From: Oopsacas minuta
Taxonomy: Eukaryota > Animalia > Porifera
Reading direction: 5' to 3'
Assembly: GCA_024704765.1 (NCBI GenBank)
Contig: JAKMXF010000221.1
Span: forward strand, 620,001 to 684,000
DNA length: 64,000 nucleotides
Part shown: positions 33,301-44,829 of the stretch, in pieces
How positions within the stretch are numbered: position 1 is the stretch's first letter
Layout: every line of letters begins with the position of its first letter
Position numbers and translations under genes: made by a program
The notes under the pieces: generated by a model
What the model was told of the DNA's origin: nothing
The model's input: the letters and a program-made list of their open reading frames with translations, nothing else
The model's database searches: none

Positions 33301-34984
33301 TTGATCAGCGTATAATGCTAGAAATATACAAATTTATAAATACTAATTCAGAATTGTACAACCCCTGTGCCACTTCATGCCACTTCATGCCACATTATTT
33401 CAATTCTATTTTGGCAAATTTTTTGAAGCCATAGCTCAGTCGAATCCAACCTAGTTACCATAATAGGCTTCAGGCATTTCTGATTAATTTTACAAATTCA
33501 AATAATTCGAATAATCCAGAACTCTGATAACTTATTATGCATCAAACTGGAACTATAAATGGAACTAATAAACACATTCATAACTCACATGTTGAATATC
33601 CCAGCTGTTTAACTTGATGTACCAATGGGATTGTAGCTGTTGCATCCACCATCTGTATTTCATTATGAAATGCAAAATCAACCATGAATGAATCAAAAAA
33701 TCGCCGCGCAACCAGCATATCCGGAAAGCCCGCCCAATCGTAAGTATCCCGCGTAAAAATAGCGTAATCTTTCGCAAAAGGCTTATTCGTCTCTGAAATT
33801 TGTTTCAACTTTTTAATTTCAATTTCAGTTCCAATTCTATCGTTTGTTTTCACATTGAATCTGTGACCTATAATTAGAACTTTTGTTGACATTTCACCAG
33901 ACTTTATAGCGTCAAATATTGTTGTTGTTGTTGATATAAGTGAGTTGTCATACAAATTGTCAGCATTTGCAAACATATAGAATGGTGTATCGTATGTATC
34001 CATAGCTCCGAGTGCCATATGCTTAATCAGAGGTGTTGAAAATGGATGTACAAGTTTTATTGGGAGTATACTTATATGTGAATATTCATTGTTTATTAGA
34101 TTAACCCAATATGTACAATTTGTGTATATTACGTAATTTATTTGTGTTTTAGTGAAAGTTGTTGACTGTAAATAATTAACTTGAGCATTCCTTCTGTAAT
34201 TGTCACCTTCATTTGTGCCATCTGCCACATCTGCAAAAGTGGTGAATTGTGTCACTAACTTTCCATTGTGTTTTTTGTTGTTGTTGTTGTTGTTGTTGTT
34301 TATTATTGATTTTATAGAATTTCCATGAATTGTGTTCTCTAAGAGTATTGTTTTGTCATTTGTTGTGTTGAGGTGTTTGATAATAAACATAAACAGAACA
34401 ACAAATGATATCAAAATTATTATTTTTTTAGATTTTCTAACATTCCATCTTAACATTTCTAATATGATTAATCTCTCTTTGAGTATATTCATATGTTATT
34501 TATACTAATTGAGTATGCATTCTTTATTAGTTCTAGTTTCATTTTGGTGGCTTTGTTGGTTAGTTTACTCTTTTGAATATTCTTCAATTATCATATTATC
34601 AGGATATTGGATCAGTGCCACTTCCATGCCACTTTCAACCACCTAAAATTGTGTCGATAAATCTGGAATAGTAATATTATAATATTTGTAAATAATAGTG
34701 TGAAAATGTGTCCAAGACACTCAGCTTAATATGGTCACTTCTCCAGAAACAGAACCATGCAATTAATTCAATGTATATAGATACCAGAACTAGTAATTGA
34801 ACTAAGAGAACAGAGGAGAGGTGTCATAACCTCAGGAGATCAGCTGAGGACTATTTACATGTCTCTGATATCTGGAGCTAGTAAGCTATTAACTCCTAAA
34901 ACAGCTGTAACTATTCTAACAGCTGGTGAGAGTATTAGAGAATCCGATGATGAGTCTGTTGATCTGGAAAAACAGCAAATACAA
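30387..34984 (+). CDS. degenerate protein tyrosine phosphatase domain (IA-2/PTPRN-like signature), multi-exon, ends unresolved
   Basis: Exons give WDKSRVIL..FINASYI; YILTESPLLNTMTNFWLMIWQ; HYAFHSWTMD; VLVHCSDGLGRSG; then, after intron 31988-34780, the phase-0 exon IPELVIELREQRRGVITSGDQLRTIY (34781-34984). Confidence 0.8.
32182..33317 (-). CDS. GT-A-fold glycosyltransferase-like protein nested in the PTP intron
   Basis: LTFVVVTLNKPHSLERLI..WVHG..LEQW..ILFQDDVTLSTYFY pattern. The frame stays open upstream of the ORF-track ATG (33201) to an acceptor at 33317. Confidence 0.6.
33578..34492 (-). CDS. type II membrane glycosyltransferase-like protein nested in the PTP intron
   Basis: N-terminal TM anchor (IIILISFVVLFMFII), poly-N stem, FYMFANADNLY (DxD-like), VDATATIPLVHQ. 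It may splice to the 32182-33317 exon. Confidence 0.65.
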   Translation of the reverse strand: MNILKERLIILEMLRWNVRKSKKIIILISFVVLFMFIIKHLNTTNDKTILLENTIHGNSIKSIINNNNNNNNKKHNGKLVTQFTTFADVADGTNEGDNYRRNAQVNYLQSTTFTKTQINYVIYTNCTYWVNLINNEYSHISILPIKLVHPFSTPLIKHMALGAMDTYDTPFYMFANADNLYDNSLISTTTTIFDAIKSGEMSTKVLIIGHRFNVKTNDRIGTEIEIKKLKQISETNKPFAKDYAIFTRDTYDWAGFPDMLVARRFFDSFMVDFAFHNEIQMVDATATIPLVHQVKQLGYSTCEL

Positions 34985-35456
34985 GTATGTTTATATTATT
35001 AATCTCCAAGGTGTTAAAATATGATTAATCACTAATTATAGTGTAAAAATATGATTATTTCCAAAAGGTGTGGAAATATGATTAATTACCCACTACAACA
35101 TGTCTTATTCTCTGTCGGTAAACATCTTAATTTTGGCGGGACATTCTTTTCCGGAAATGTTTGTATAAGCTAATTCCTGCCAAAATGCGCCGAAAAAGTA
35201 ATTCTTCCGCTCAATATTCCCCGCCAAAAATCAGCTCCGTTATAATTATTAATTACAGATAATGATTTAATTATCTTATTGTCTTGTTATTGTTTGTATT
35301 ATTTACATTCAGCACTTGTGTAAATTGTTGTTTTCTTTGACATCAATTTATGATTCACTCGTGTTTGTATATAAATCTAATTATTTATTTCTATATTACC
35401 ATAATTCAATAGCGCATATTACCAACAACTCAATCAATATACGATATACAAACAAA

Positions 35457-37011
35457 ATGCTGGCTACATTTTTGTTGTTATTGTTTTTCTCACCTCTGGG
35501 ATTGTGTCATTTCAGTGATGTGTCAGGGCACAATGCTAACACCTTGAAGGTTGGAGATCCATTTCGGTACAGGAGGGATCAAAATGAATCCACAGAGACC
35601 CCAACACCAGTAATGGTAGCAGACCATGTATACTATGAGAGCAATTTCTATACTGGAAATAAGTTCGATGAGTTATGGTTGGATATATCAGTTAATAATA
35701 ATAGCTATCATTCACCCCTATCTACTGGATATTATTTGTATGATCCTATCGATCTGAAGTTCAATTTCCCCTTCTATGGGCACTATATTTATGTAAGTTA
35801 TTACAAAAGGTAACCATAGTTACGGTAGGAATTTGAGTAACAATAGAAATATGTGGAATATTGATTCAGTTTAGTTTTGCCTAAGAAATTATAAGTAAAG
35901 ATTGATATTGATTGGCTGAATTTGGCCAATAAAATGCAATACCCTGCTATACACTACACATAATTAGCAAACCCTCTAATATGATTGGGTGATGATATTG
36001 TCACCTTTTCTCAGAGGTGTGTCAATATTTTATGATTCTAATAAGGTCTAAGACTGTTCTCGACCATTGCGGGTCATTTAATACCGATTACTAGTTTCTA
36101 TGAGCACTGCTTGATACCAAACGATCACTCTTAATTTTGTTTTATAATATTTATGGTTTACATTCCTATAGAGCATTGCCATCACCACGCACGGATTCCT
36201 GAGTACAGCTGATCTCCTACATCCCAATATATACCTTACTCAATACATAGCTCCATTCTCAGCTGATTTCAATCCGTCTCTATCACAAAGTTCTAGGATA
36301 CATTACTACTCATCAGCTGATCTATTTATTGCCCAATGGTCCAATGTATCTGTAGTGACAAAACGGAGTGCAGGAGGGTTCACATTCCAGGTCCAATTAC
36401 GTCCCAGCGGTCAGATAACATTCGTCTATAAAACAGTACCTCTCACAATCAGACAGGCGTCTAAAAGCTCATATGAGAGCTTCTACGGTCTAGCTGATGG
36501 GTTCATATTAAAAATAGAAGGAAACCTATATCTCTATAGTTACCATAATGTGTCACTACCGTTAGATAGGAATTTAACACATTCTGTGTATATATTAAAA
36601 CCTTTAGAGAATTGTATCATTGCTGGTGACAGACAGGCTTGTAATGCAACTTCTTGTACGACAGAATTTGAATGTGGTTGGTGTGACACATTACAGAGGT
36701 GTTCTGATGGTATTGATAGGAGGCGACAGGATTGGTACACCGCTGAGTGTAATCATGATGCGACACTATATTGTGTCGCTCAACCAGAACAAGGAATTTC
36801 TACAGTTGTTATAGTTGCAATTATCCTACTTGTTCTCTTCCTGATTCTAACACCTATTAGTATACCAATTGTTATAGTCATGGTATGGGGGATACATAGG
36901 TACAGGAAGGGGAGATTATCTTGGGCACCAGGTTATGTGTCAGCTGATGAGGAACTAGTGACTCATAAATCCGATCAGGTGATCCTCAGGGAAGCAGAGG
37001 ACGCGATCTAA
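35457..37011 (+). CDS. PLXDC: plexin domain-containing protein (PLXDC/TEM7-like); exons 35457-35792 and 36172-37011
   Basis: Signal peptide; LKFNFPFYGH; TQYIAPFSADF; FTFQVQLRPSGQITFVYK; PSI domain CGWCDTLQRCSDGIDRRRQDW; TM helix. Confidence 0.9.
35969..36023 (+). other. best copy of a recurrent ~55-bp intronic element (AAACCCTC.AAT.TGATTGG-N-GTCACCTTTTCTCAGAGGTGTG)
   Basis: Matches the reverse complement of 961-1011 and 53428-53475. Half copies at 18740-18761, 31750-31771, 54196-54216, 57939-57960 and ~63679-63701. Confidence 0.7.
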
Positions 37012-37442
37012 CACCCCTCACCCCCCCCCCCCCCCTCCATTCTGAATTTTATCTACCCGAACTATATTATTAGTTAATAATGTTTGTTTATTTGTTTCTA
37101 TTTCCACTTTATGCGGGTTAGGTTCGTCCTCTGGGGGCAATTGGTGGAGCTAGTTATATAATAATGTATTTAGGACGTAGAGTCTTCGGATGAAGATTTT
37201 GAATTAATACAACATCCTCGATACAGCTCATCAGATGTAGGAATAGGTAGGTGTTAACATTCATATATTATCATGTATTATTGATATTAGTAGCAGCAAT
37301 TTGTAGAGGAGAGGTTGGCCCAATTCACACCGTGAACGGTACCATATTGTCGAATTTACACTCCTTAGCAACCAAACATTCCATCACTAATATTATTTAT
37401 TTATTGTTTACAGAAAACTCTAAATAAATAAATAAAATTTGT

Positions 37443-38417
37443 TTACTCTTCTTTGTTGTTGTTGTCTTCCTCTACAAGTATTCCTTTATACACATACACA
37501 AATATACACGATGAAATGCCTACCATCCAAAATGTACAGAATCCTAGCAACCATGCAGTCGTAAGGAATGTAGGCTTTACACTTTGTATCATTAGTTCTG
37601 GCCATCTGTTATCAATATCAGTTTTCATTAATCTCAGATGTAATGTCGTAACAGCTGTTGAGAACACATGCGCCCATTGGTGAGAACCCCCGATTATGTC
37701 GAAAGAGCCAGGCGACAATCTCTCTGGGAGCTTACTAGCGAAAACAAACACTAACAGGATTGAGAAAACAACAATAGCGAAGTGTGAATATAATTGTTTG
37801 TAAATAAACGTTTCTGATCCATCAGGGAAGAGATACAGGACATAAATAAGAGTGTTAGACCAGAGGAATGGTTGCATATACGCTAGACTCCTGATGATAA
37901 ATCTGTACCTCCTCCAGTAGAACCGACTCAGACAGGTTATTGGTACCACGCTCATAGTCAAGAGGGCCCCCAGTCCTAGATACGTATACTCGAATTGGAA
38001 TGTTGGTCTGTTTAGCGGTCTATAATAGTAGAAACTGGCTATAATCCCTCCCATCTCGTATAGTGCTATTCCTGAGTAGTCCATGAAAAAACAGAAATGT
38101 CTGAATTTGTAGGAAATTGCGTTGAATAAATGCGCGAAACTTGACAGGAAAGTATACAATAAACTGCCAACCCAGTAACATACCAATGGGAGGTACCGTG
38201 TGTCTGTTATGTCTCTATATGAATCCCATAACCAATATGCCCATACCATAAATGGCACAAAATGTGTCCAGAAATTCACCACTTCGTTGTTGTCACTTCT
38301 AAACATAGTTTTTACACATGAGACAGGACTTAGGCCTATTCGTCTGTACCCTGATAGAATATAGGGCTCCCTCAACCAATGAGATACTGAGTTAGCTGAC
38401 AGACCTCTCAGAGACAT
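37443..38417 (-). CDS. PAQR family, membrane progestin receptor-like, intronless
   Basis: EPYILSGYR, NEVVNFWTH, SSFAHLF, DYSGIALY, PERLSPGSFDIIGGSHQWAHVF. Confidence 0.9.
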   Translation of the reverse strand: MSLRGLSANSVSHWLREPYILSGYRRIGLSPVSCVKTMFRSDNNEVVNFWTHFVPFMVWAYWLWDSYRDITDTRYLPLVCYWVGSLLYTFLSSFAHLFNAISYKFRHFCFFMDYSGIALYEMGGIIASFYYYRPLNRPTFQFEYTYLGLGALLTMSVVPITCLSRFYWRRYRFIIRSLAYMQPFLWSNTLIYVLYLFPDGSETFIYKQLYSHFAIVVFSILLVFVFASKLPERLSPGSFDIIGGSHQWAHVFSTAVTTLHLRLMKTDIDNRWPELMIQSVKPTFLTTAWLLGFCTFWMVGISSCIFVYVYKGILVEEDNNNKEE

Positions 38418-39081
38418 TGGTGCTAAAAATAGAAAGTTTTAACCAATAGAATTACTTGCTTGTAAATATTTTAACAAATCTAGCTTTTTATTGAAGCTTG
38501 TCAAATAGTTAGCTTCTCTATGGTTACGGTTAATACGAATGGAATGTGTGTTGCAACTAATTTATTTGTATTTATATTTTGTTTTCTGGAATACAGAAAC
38601 AGTGTTTGCATTATTTGCATTTTGCTGTGTGCAAATTATGTAATTATTGATCTGTAAGTGTTACTTGTTATCCTCTTTTCCCGCCTAGAATTTCATAATC
38701 CGCGCCTAAGTAACACAACTCTTACGTCTATCAAATTCCCTGCTCTAAGATGCCCCCGCGTTTTGTTAAAACTTTAAACTACACTAAATGGGCCTTAATT
38801 CGGAAGCTAGAAATTGAATTTACAGCTAATGCAATAATGACAGTAATGGATATGACCTCAACAGTAATCAGTTACGTAAATAACATCTGTGCTTCGTATA
38901 AAATATATTAGAAATTATGCACCAAATTGAAACTAGTACTAACCACAACTGGCTAGATTAGTTGTACGCACTGATGCACGGAGTGCAGGACCTGTAGCCG
39001 TCATACTAAACAGCTATTATGGAAGTCATATAAGTGTTACTATTAATAGCTAATGTCCTCATATAAATACAGCAATCTTAT

Positions 39082-40140
39082 TTGTTAAACAAAGAACGAA
39101 AAATGTCCCAATCAATACTTATATTAAGCGCTAAAAATAGTAACTGTGCTGATTGTAACACCTCTAAGCCCTCATGGTACAACTTTAAGCAGGGGGTGTT
39201 TATTTGTACCAATTGTGCTGGAGTACATAGAGGACTCCCAACACAAGGTGTTAGAGTAAAATCTGTGGATTTGGATAATTGGACAGAAGAGGAGGTCAAA
39301 GAAGTTGAGATGGCAGGAGGTAATAAAGTTGTTAATGATCGTTTGGAGAGGTTCCTCCCCCTCTACTACCCGAAACAGGGTGACATGACACCTCCAGATA
39401 TAAGGAAAGAGTTCATAACACATAAGTATGTGAAGGAGACTTTTTGTACCAATGGGAATTATCTTAAGTATACTCCTGCTTCTGGAGGAATGGAGGGTGT
39501 TTTGGAAAAGAAAGGCAAGGACAAGAGTCTCTGGAAATCGCGACACTTTGTACTGACACCTGTCAGCATTAAGTACTTCCTGGAGACAGGACAATCCGAA
39601 CCAAAGTCCTGTCTCCCTGTCTCACAACTGGAAATACATCTGGAAATGTGTGATAGGACAAGGTCCTGTTTAGTACTCACTCACCTCAGTGATTCGGGGG
39701 CCTCAGGACGTAAGTACTACGTGAGGACAGCTGGAGGGGACCTTCTATTCGATTGGTACTTCGCACTACTCACTGCACAATCAGCAAAGGATTCGTTTAG
39801 TTCCAGTTCCCAAATGGATGTTTATAGAATGGGTAATCTTTACAAGGCAGGAGCACAAAGTTTTGATATGTGGAGGTTACGGTGGTTTTCTCTAAATGGC
39901 GCGCACGTCACCTATTCCTCAGAAAAACTGTCCGCTAAACCACGAGGGGACTTCATGATGGGACCAATGAGCAAGGGATTCAAAGTAGAGTCAGGTGTTA
40001 CCCACCGGATACCAGCACCCACCAGTTTCACCTTCCAGGTCCTGACGGGGGGAAGGACCTATAAATTATGTGCTGAAACAGCTGAGGAGAGGGACAGTTG
40101 GATAGATGCATTTTCCCGCTCAATTTCCCTCCAATCATAA
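39082..40140 (+). CDS. ADAP: ArfGAP with dual PH domains (ADAP/centaurin-alpha) paralogue 1, intronless; likely ATG at 39103
   Basis: CADC-x16-CTNCAGVHR zinc finger with arginine finger; VKSVDLDNW; two PH domains. Confidence 0.9.
   Translation: MLNKERKMSQSILILSAKNSNCADCNTSKPSWYNFKQGVFICTNCAGVHRGLPTQGVRVKSVDLDNWTEEEVKEVEMAGGNKVVNDRLERFLPLYYPKQGDMTPPDIRKEFITHKYVKETFCTNGNYLKYTPASGGMEGVLEKKGKDKSLWKSRHFVLTPVSIKYFLETGQSEPKSCLPVSQLEIHLEMCDRTRSCLVLTHLSDSGASGRKYYVRTAGGDLLFDWYFALLTAQSAKDSFSSSSQMDVYRMGNLYKAGAQSFDMWRLRWFSLNGAHVTYSSEKLSAKPRGDFMMGPMSKGFKVESGVTHRIPAPTSFTFQVLTGGRTYKLCAETAEERDSWIDAFSRSISLQS
39346..39794. repeat. 449-bp inverted duplication with 40895-41343
   Basis: Only one mismatch seen (GCT/GCC, synonymous); the flanks are clearly diverged. 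Confidence 0.9.
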
Positions 40141-40485
40141 TATTTGTAATTAATTAATCCAATAAATTCCTTATTAACTTTTGGTAGTTAAGTATTGGCC
40201 ATTAGAGAGATGTCCTTACGGTATGGGGCTAGAAATTGTCCTATGGGTACAGTTTGGGGTTTTTTTCTATAATTAATAAGGAATGATATATTCACACCTT
40301 TTGCTGTTTATAATATAACAAAGGAAACCCTCATATCAATATGAGGATAATCTCATAAATTCCATTCTACAAGTGTGTTGCTACGCAAACTATTCCCTGT
40401 TATAACACATATAATATTTCAAAGTTTAATCTAGAAATCAACAGAATTGAAATCTATTTTTACATTCCAGAAGACAGATAGGTTG

Positions 40486-41601
40486 TCATATAGAATTTGA
40501 CAATTGATCGTTATCTCCAATAATATTTTCAATAGCACAGTTGAACGCATACATCCAACTTTCTCTATCTTCATAGGTGTCAGCACATAACTTATAAGTC
40601 CTGTCAGGTGTGACCAATTGGAATGTGTATTTTGTAGGTGCTGGCATTTTGTGAGTAGCCCCCATCTCCACGGCGTACCCCTCATAATCTGGTCCCAGCA
40701 TGAAGTCCCCCTGAGGTAACGCTGATAGTTTATTGGCTGAATAAGTGACGTGTGACGCGTTAATTGAGAACCATCTTTTCCTCCAAATATCAAAACTATG
40801 TGTGCCTACTTTATACAGCTGTCCAGATTTAGAAACCTTCTTTGATTGGCTGACTAGTCCAACAACTGCTCTTGACAACGTACCACGGTGTTTGGAATCC
40901 TTTGCTGATTGTGCAGTGAGTAGTGCGAAGTACCAATCGAATAGAAGGTCCCCTCCAGCTGTCCTCACGTAGTACTTACGTCCTGAGGCCCCCGAATCAC
41001 TGAGGTGAGTGAGTACTAAACAGGACCTTGTCCTATCACACATTTCCAGATGTATTTCCAGTTGTGAGACAGGGAGACAGGACTTTGGTTCGGATTGTCC
41101 TGTCTCCAGGAAGTACTTAATGCTGACAGGTGTCAGTACAAAGTGTCGCGATTTCCAGAGACTCTTGTCCTTGCCTTTCTTTTCCAAAACACCCTCCATT
41201 CCTCCAGAGGCAGGAGTATACTTAAGATAATTCCCATTGGTACAAAAAGTCTCCTTCACATACTTATGTGTTATGAACTCTTTCCTTATATCTGGAGGTG
41301 TCATGTCACCCTGTTTCGGGTAGTAGAGGGGGAGGAACCTCTCGTACTTACCGTTAACCTTAACGTTCCCCTCTCCACGGACTGCTTGCCCCTTCTTACC
41401 CTCGCTTAACACCTCTAACCTCTGAGATTTTAATGTTCCCCTCTTGCATTGTATTTCTTCATGTATTTGTGCACAGCTCATACATACAAATATTTGATAG
41501 TTTGGGTTGTAATATTTGGGATTTTCTGAATTGCAATCTGCACAATTGGTTGTCCCTTGAGCTGCTTCTAACCATTCACACATTTCTAAATTTAGTAACA
41601 A
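40486..41601 (-). CDS. ADAP: ADAP paralogue 2, intronless, convergent with paralogue 1
   Basis: CADC..CMSCAQIHE zinc finger; the same PH1 as paralogue 1; PH2 GQLYKVG..WRKRWF. Confidence 0.88.
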   Translation of the reverse strand: MLLNLEMCEWLEAAQGTTNCADCNSENPKYYNPNYQIFVCMSCAQIHEEIQCKRGTLKSQRLEVLSEGKKGQAVRGEGNVKVNGKYERFLPLYYPKQGDMTPPDIRKEFITHKYVKETFCTNGNYLKYTPASGGMEGVLEKKGKDKSLWKSRHFVLTPVSIKYFLETGQSEPKSCLPVSQLEIHLEMCDRTRSCLVLTHLSDSGASGRKYYVRTAGGDLLFDWYFALLTAQSAKDSKHRGTLSRAVVGLVSQSKKVSKSGQLYKVGTHSFDIWRKRWFSINASHVTYSANKLSALPQGDFMLGPDYEGYAVEMGATHKMPAPTKYTFQLVTPDRTYKLCADTYEDRESWMYAFNCAIENIIGDNDQLSNSI

Positions 41602-42406
41602 ATAACTGTCCTTGAGTAGTATTGTTTGTTGTTGTTTATGTTTGTTTATCTGTTAGTTATTCACATTATACACATTTCCCGTTATATCTAACACGGATAT
41701 CTCTAAATACCCGCTGATATCGCAGTTTAAATTGTAAAAAAAGGTCCCAAACCGTCGGAATAACATTATATCTAATACAGGATAATCTGCTTAATAGAGA
41801 TACCCGTTAATCTTGTCACTTCGCCAGAAACAGAACCAAACAAAAAGTGTTAAAGTACTCCGGTTAATCGGGTCATAATTGCCTCTTGTACCGATGTGAC
41901 TCTATTATGAAGAGTCTATTGTAATTCCAGTCTCTGGAGTTTCGATATAATTATAATACCTATTGAATTAGTATTATGTTACACATTATATGTATGTTAC
42001 ATAACACCTGTATATTCCTATATAATTATAGCATAGAGAGAGTATACCTTTTCACACCTGTAAAATATAATTTGTAAGATCTACAAATTTGAAATTTGGT
42101 ATGTGTGTGGAATGTGATACATCTAGGAACATGTTCTACTATTTAAGTTAGCTGTTCCCACCCATGTACCCTCTATACCAATTTTAACACGTTCTGTGGA
42201 CCCTTTTCATGTACTACAATACAAATTTTGAGATCCTGTGTACCCCAGCTATCGTCCGTGGATCTCTTTGTACCCGAGGTTGGTATTAATTACAGTTAAT
42301 AATAGTCCTATACTATATCATATTCTGCTATGATAGATGAAATAATCTCTTCTACTAAATAATGAGATATTCTCCATTCTGGAACTGGAACTGGAATTAT
42401 TAAATT

Positions 42407-44291
42407 ATGACATTTTTCTCTTCAAGAAGTACAATTTTTGTGCCGGGTAATTTAATTACAGAGCCAAAGGTGTGTGTAGATTGTAATGCGAGTAATGCTT
42501 GTTACTATAGTTACGCATATCGGGTCTACGTATGTATGGAATGTTCAAAAGTACATGATTTATATTTGGAGAAATATAGCGAGGAAACTCCAGTCATATA
42601 TCAGGACAGAGAATGTCAGTTAGTAGATATTGAAGGTTGTAAAGAAGATGACAACGGATCGTTGAATAAGGAATTGGAGTTATTTTTACCAGAATTCTAT
42701 CAGAAAACGGGTGTCAATACTCCTCTGGTTAGTTCCATATTGTGACACCTTTTTGAGGTGTGAATTAATGTGTTTTATTTAGGTAATAAGAAAAGAGTTT
42801 CTAATATCAAAATACAGTCATAAGTCCTTCACTTCATCAATAGGATTGGATACATTATTGCCTGATTCTAAAATTGGAATTTTATGGAAGAAAGGAAAGT
42901 CCAAAGGGACCCCTTGGCACCCCTGCTATGTCAGAGTGGACAAGCACTCCCGAACCCTTGAGTACTTCAGTCACAAATCCAATCGGTTACTCCCCAAGGC
43001 TACGATACCTCTCGAAGATATAAATTTATTTGTTGAACCAATGTACCGATTAACTGAGCCCCTGACCAATGACGGAGAATTTTATCTTCATATTATATGG
43101 ACAAAACACGCGCCAAATACATTTACCAAAATGTCACTTCTAAAAAAGAAAAATTCTGTTATCGAAATCAGGAATTTATATTTCAGACCGTCAACAGATT
43201 TTGATTTGTTTCAATGGTATTTCTCTATTTTGGCAGGTAAACATGAAATTGTGTCGCTCACACCCACGCGAAACAATAACACCTTGAAGCGTTGCTACAC
43301 TTTTGACACCAGACCAGATATCATCGGAGAGCGGGAGCAGTTTGGTCCAATTGTTTCTAGGAAGCGTCTTACTGATATCATTTCTGATGAAAATGAATTT
43401 ATACCTCAAAATAGAAAATCTGATTTGTACGATCTAGCCATAGACCCATTGGTATGTTCCCCTAATCCCCTAGTGTCTCCTCCTGATCCCAGGGAGGTAA
43501 AGACCCTCCCTGACCGCTTAAGGATGGCCATGACAGGTTCTTACTGCATGGATACAAGAGGTGACAATAGTTATGTCGAATCAGCTGTTCCCTCTAATCT
43601 GATTGCTCCAGATGAGGAAGTGGAAGGTGATTTTAAGACTAATGTAACCGATTTTGAATTATCAGGTAAATTCTATTCCTGCCACTCAGCTGGCACAACT
43701 AATCCCTTCTTGGAACCACCTGCGCCATCTTTGGATAATATATTCCAGAGTAAGTTGGATATTTGTCCCATTATTGATCCCCAGGGTGCAGGAATTGATA
43801 AGGACTCTTGGATTAATTGTTCTGTTAACTATGCTAATTATCCTTCAATTGATTCTTGTCCTCTTGACCTATCTGATACTGAGGTGGATCAATTCACGTT
43901 AACACCTTTATGTGACACATTACGACTAGACATACAGAGCAATAAGAAGTACTACCAGATGTCTGGCTGGTTACATAAAGTTGGCGACATGCAAGGTGAC
44001 AAGTGGCGGAGTAGATGGTTCACTTTATCGAATACTCTTGTCACATATTCCGACACTAATTTATCACCTTTCCCTAAGAACTATTTCTATCTTGGTTCCG
44101 ATTTCAAAGGGTATTATGTGGATACAAATTACCCGCGGTTCCATCTAATGCCCCCTCCCACTAGATTTGTATTCAGGATTGTAACACCTTCTAGAATTTA
44201 TCATATTTGTGCTCAGACAGAGGAGATTAGGAAGATATGGGTAGAAATTATTTCTAGAGTAATTGCCTTGTCCTTTGTGTTAAAATTATAA
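42407..44291 (+). CDS. ADAP paralogue 3; exons 42407-42727 and 42783-44291; long insert between the PH domains
   Basis: CVDC..CMECSKVHD; a 55-nt GT-AG intron restores VIRKEFLISKY; PH1 GILWKKG; PH2 GWLHKVG..WRSRWFTL. Confidence 0.8.
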
Positions 44292-44398
44292 TATTTATTT
44301 ATTCATTGTTTGTTTACTCTATTTACCAATTTATCACATTACAAACACATGCCATATTTGTGTCGGTAATAGATATATACATATTTTCACACCTATTA

Positions 44399-44767
44399 CA
44401 CTGGTCAACAAACAATTTGTTGCCTAAGATGTTAGATCCGTTTCTATGTATATTGATCTCGGGGAATCTGAAAATAGCATCGGCTTACCCGAATTGACTC
44501 TATTTTTTGGGATAGCCAATGTTATATTTGGCGTGATAAGTATAACAATAGTGAAGATATACAACACATTAATAGTGTGATGGCGTTTCAGTGGTGACAT
44601 ATAATTATGCTTCCAAGTGTAAAATTTGTAATTTTTGAATGTAACTATTAACAGCAAAACCGACAATATGGAAGTACAATATTAACATTAAGGCTAATCC
44701 GAAGGAAATACTTTATTATTGACAAAACCATTAATTGGTTAAAAGTAATAATAAAAGAATAATAAAA

Positions 44768-44829
<62 letters not shown>

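Noticed and set aside
33424-33470. tRNA-like GCCATAGCTCAGTCGAATCC
   Set aside because: A-box-like and partial B-box-like pieces are fused with no anticodon arm or cloverleaf; not a tRNA.
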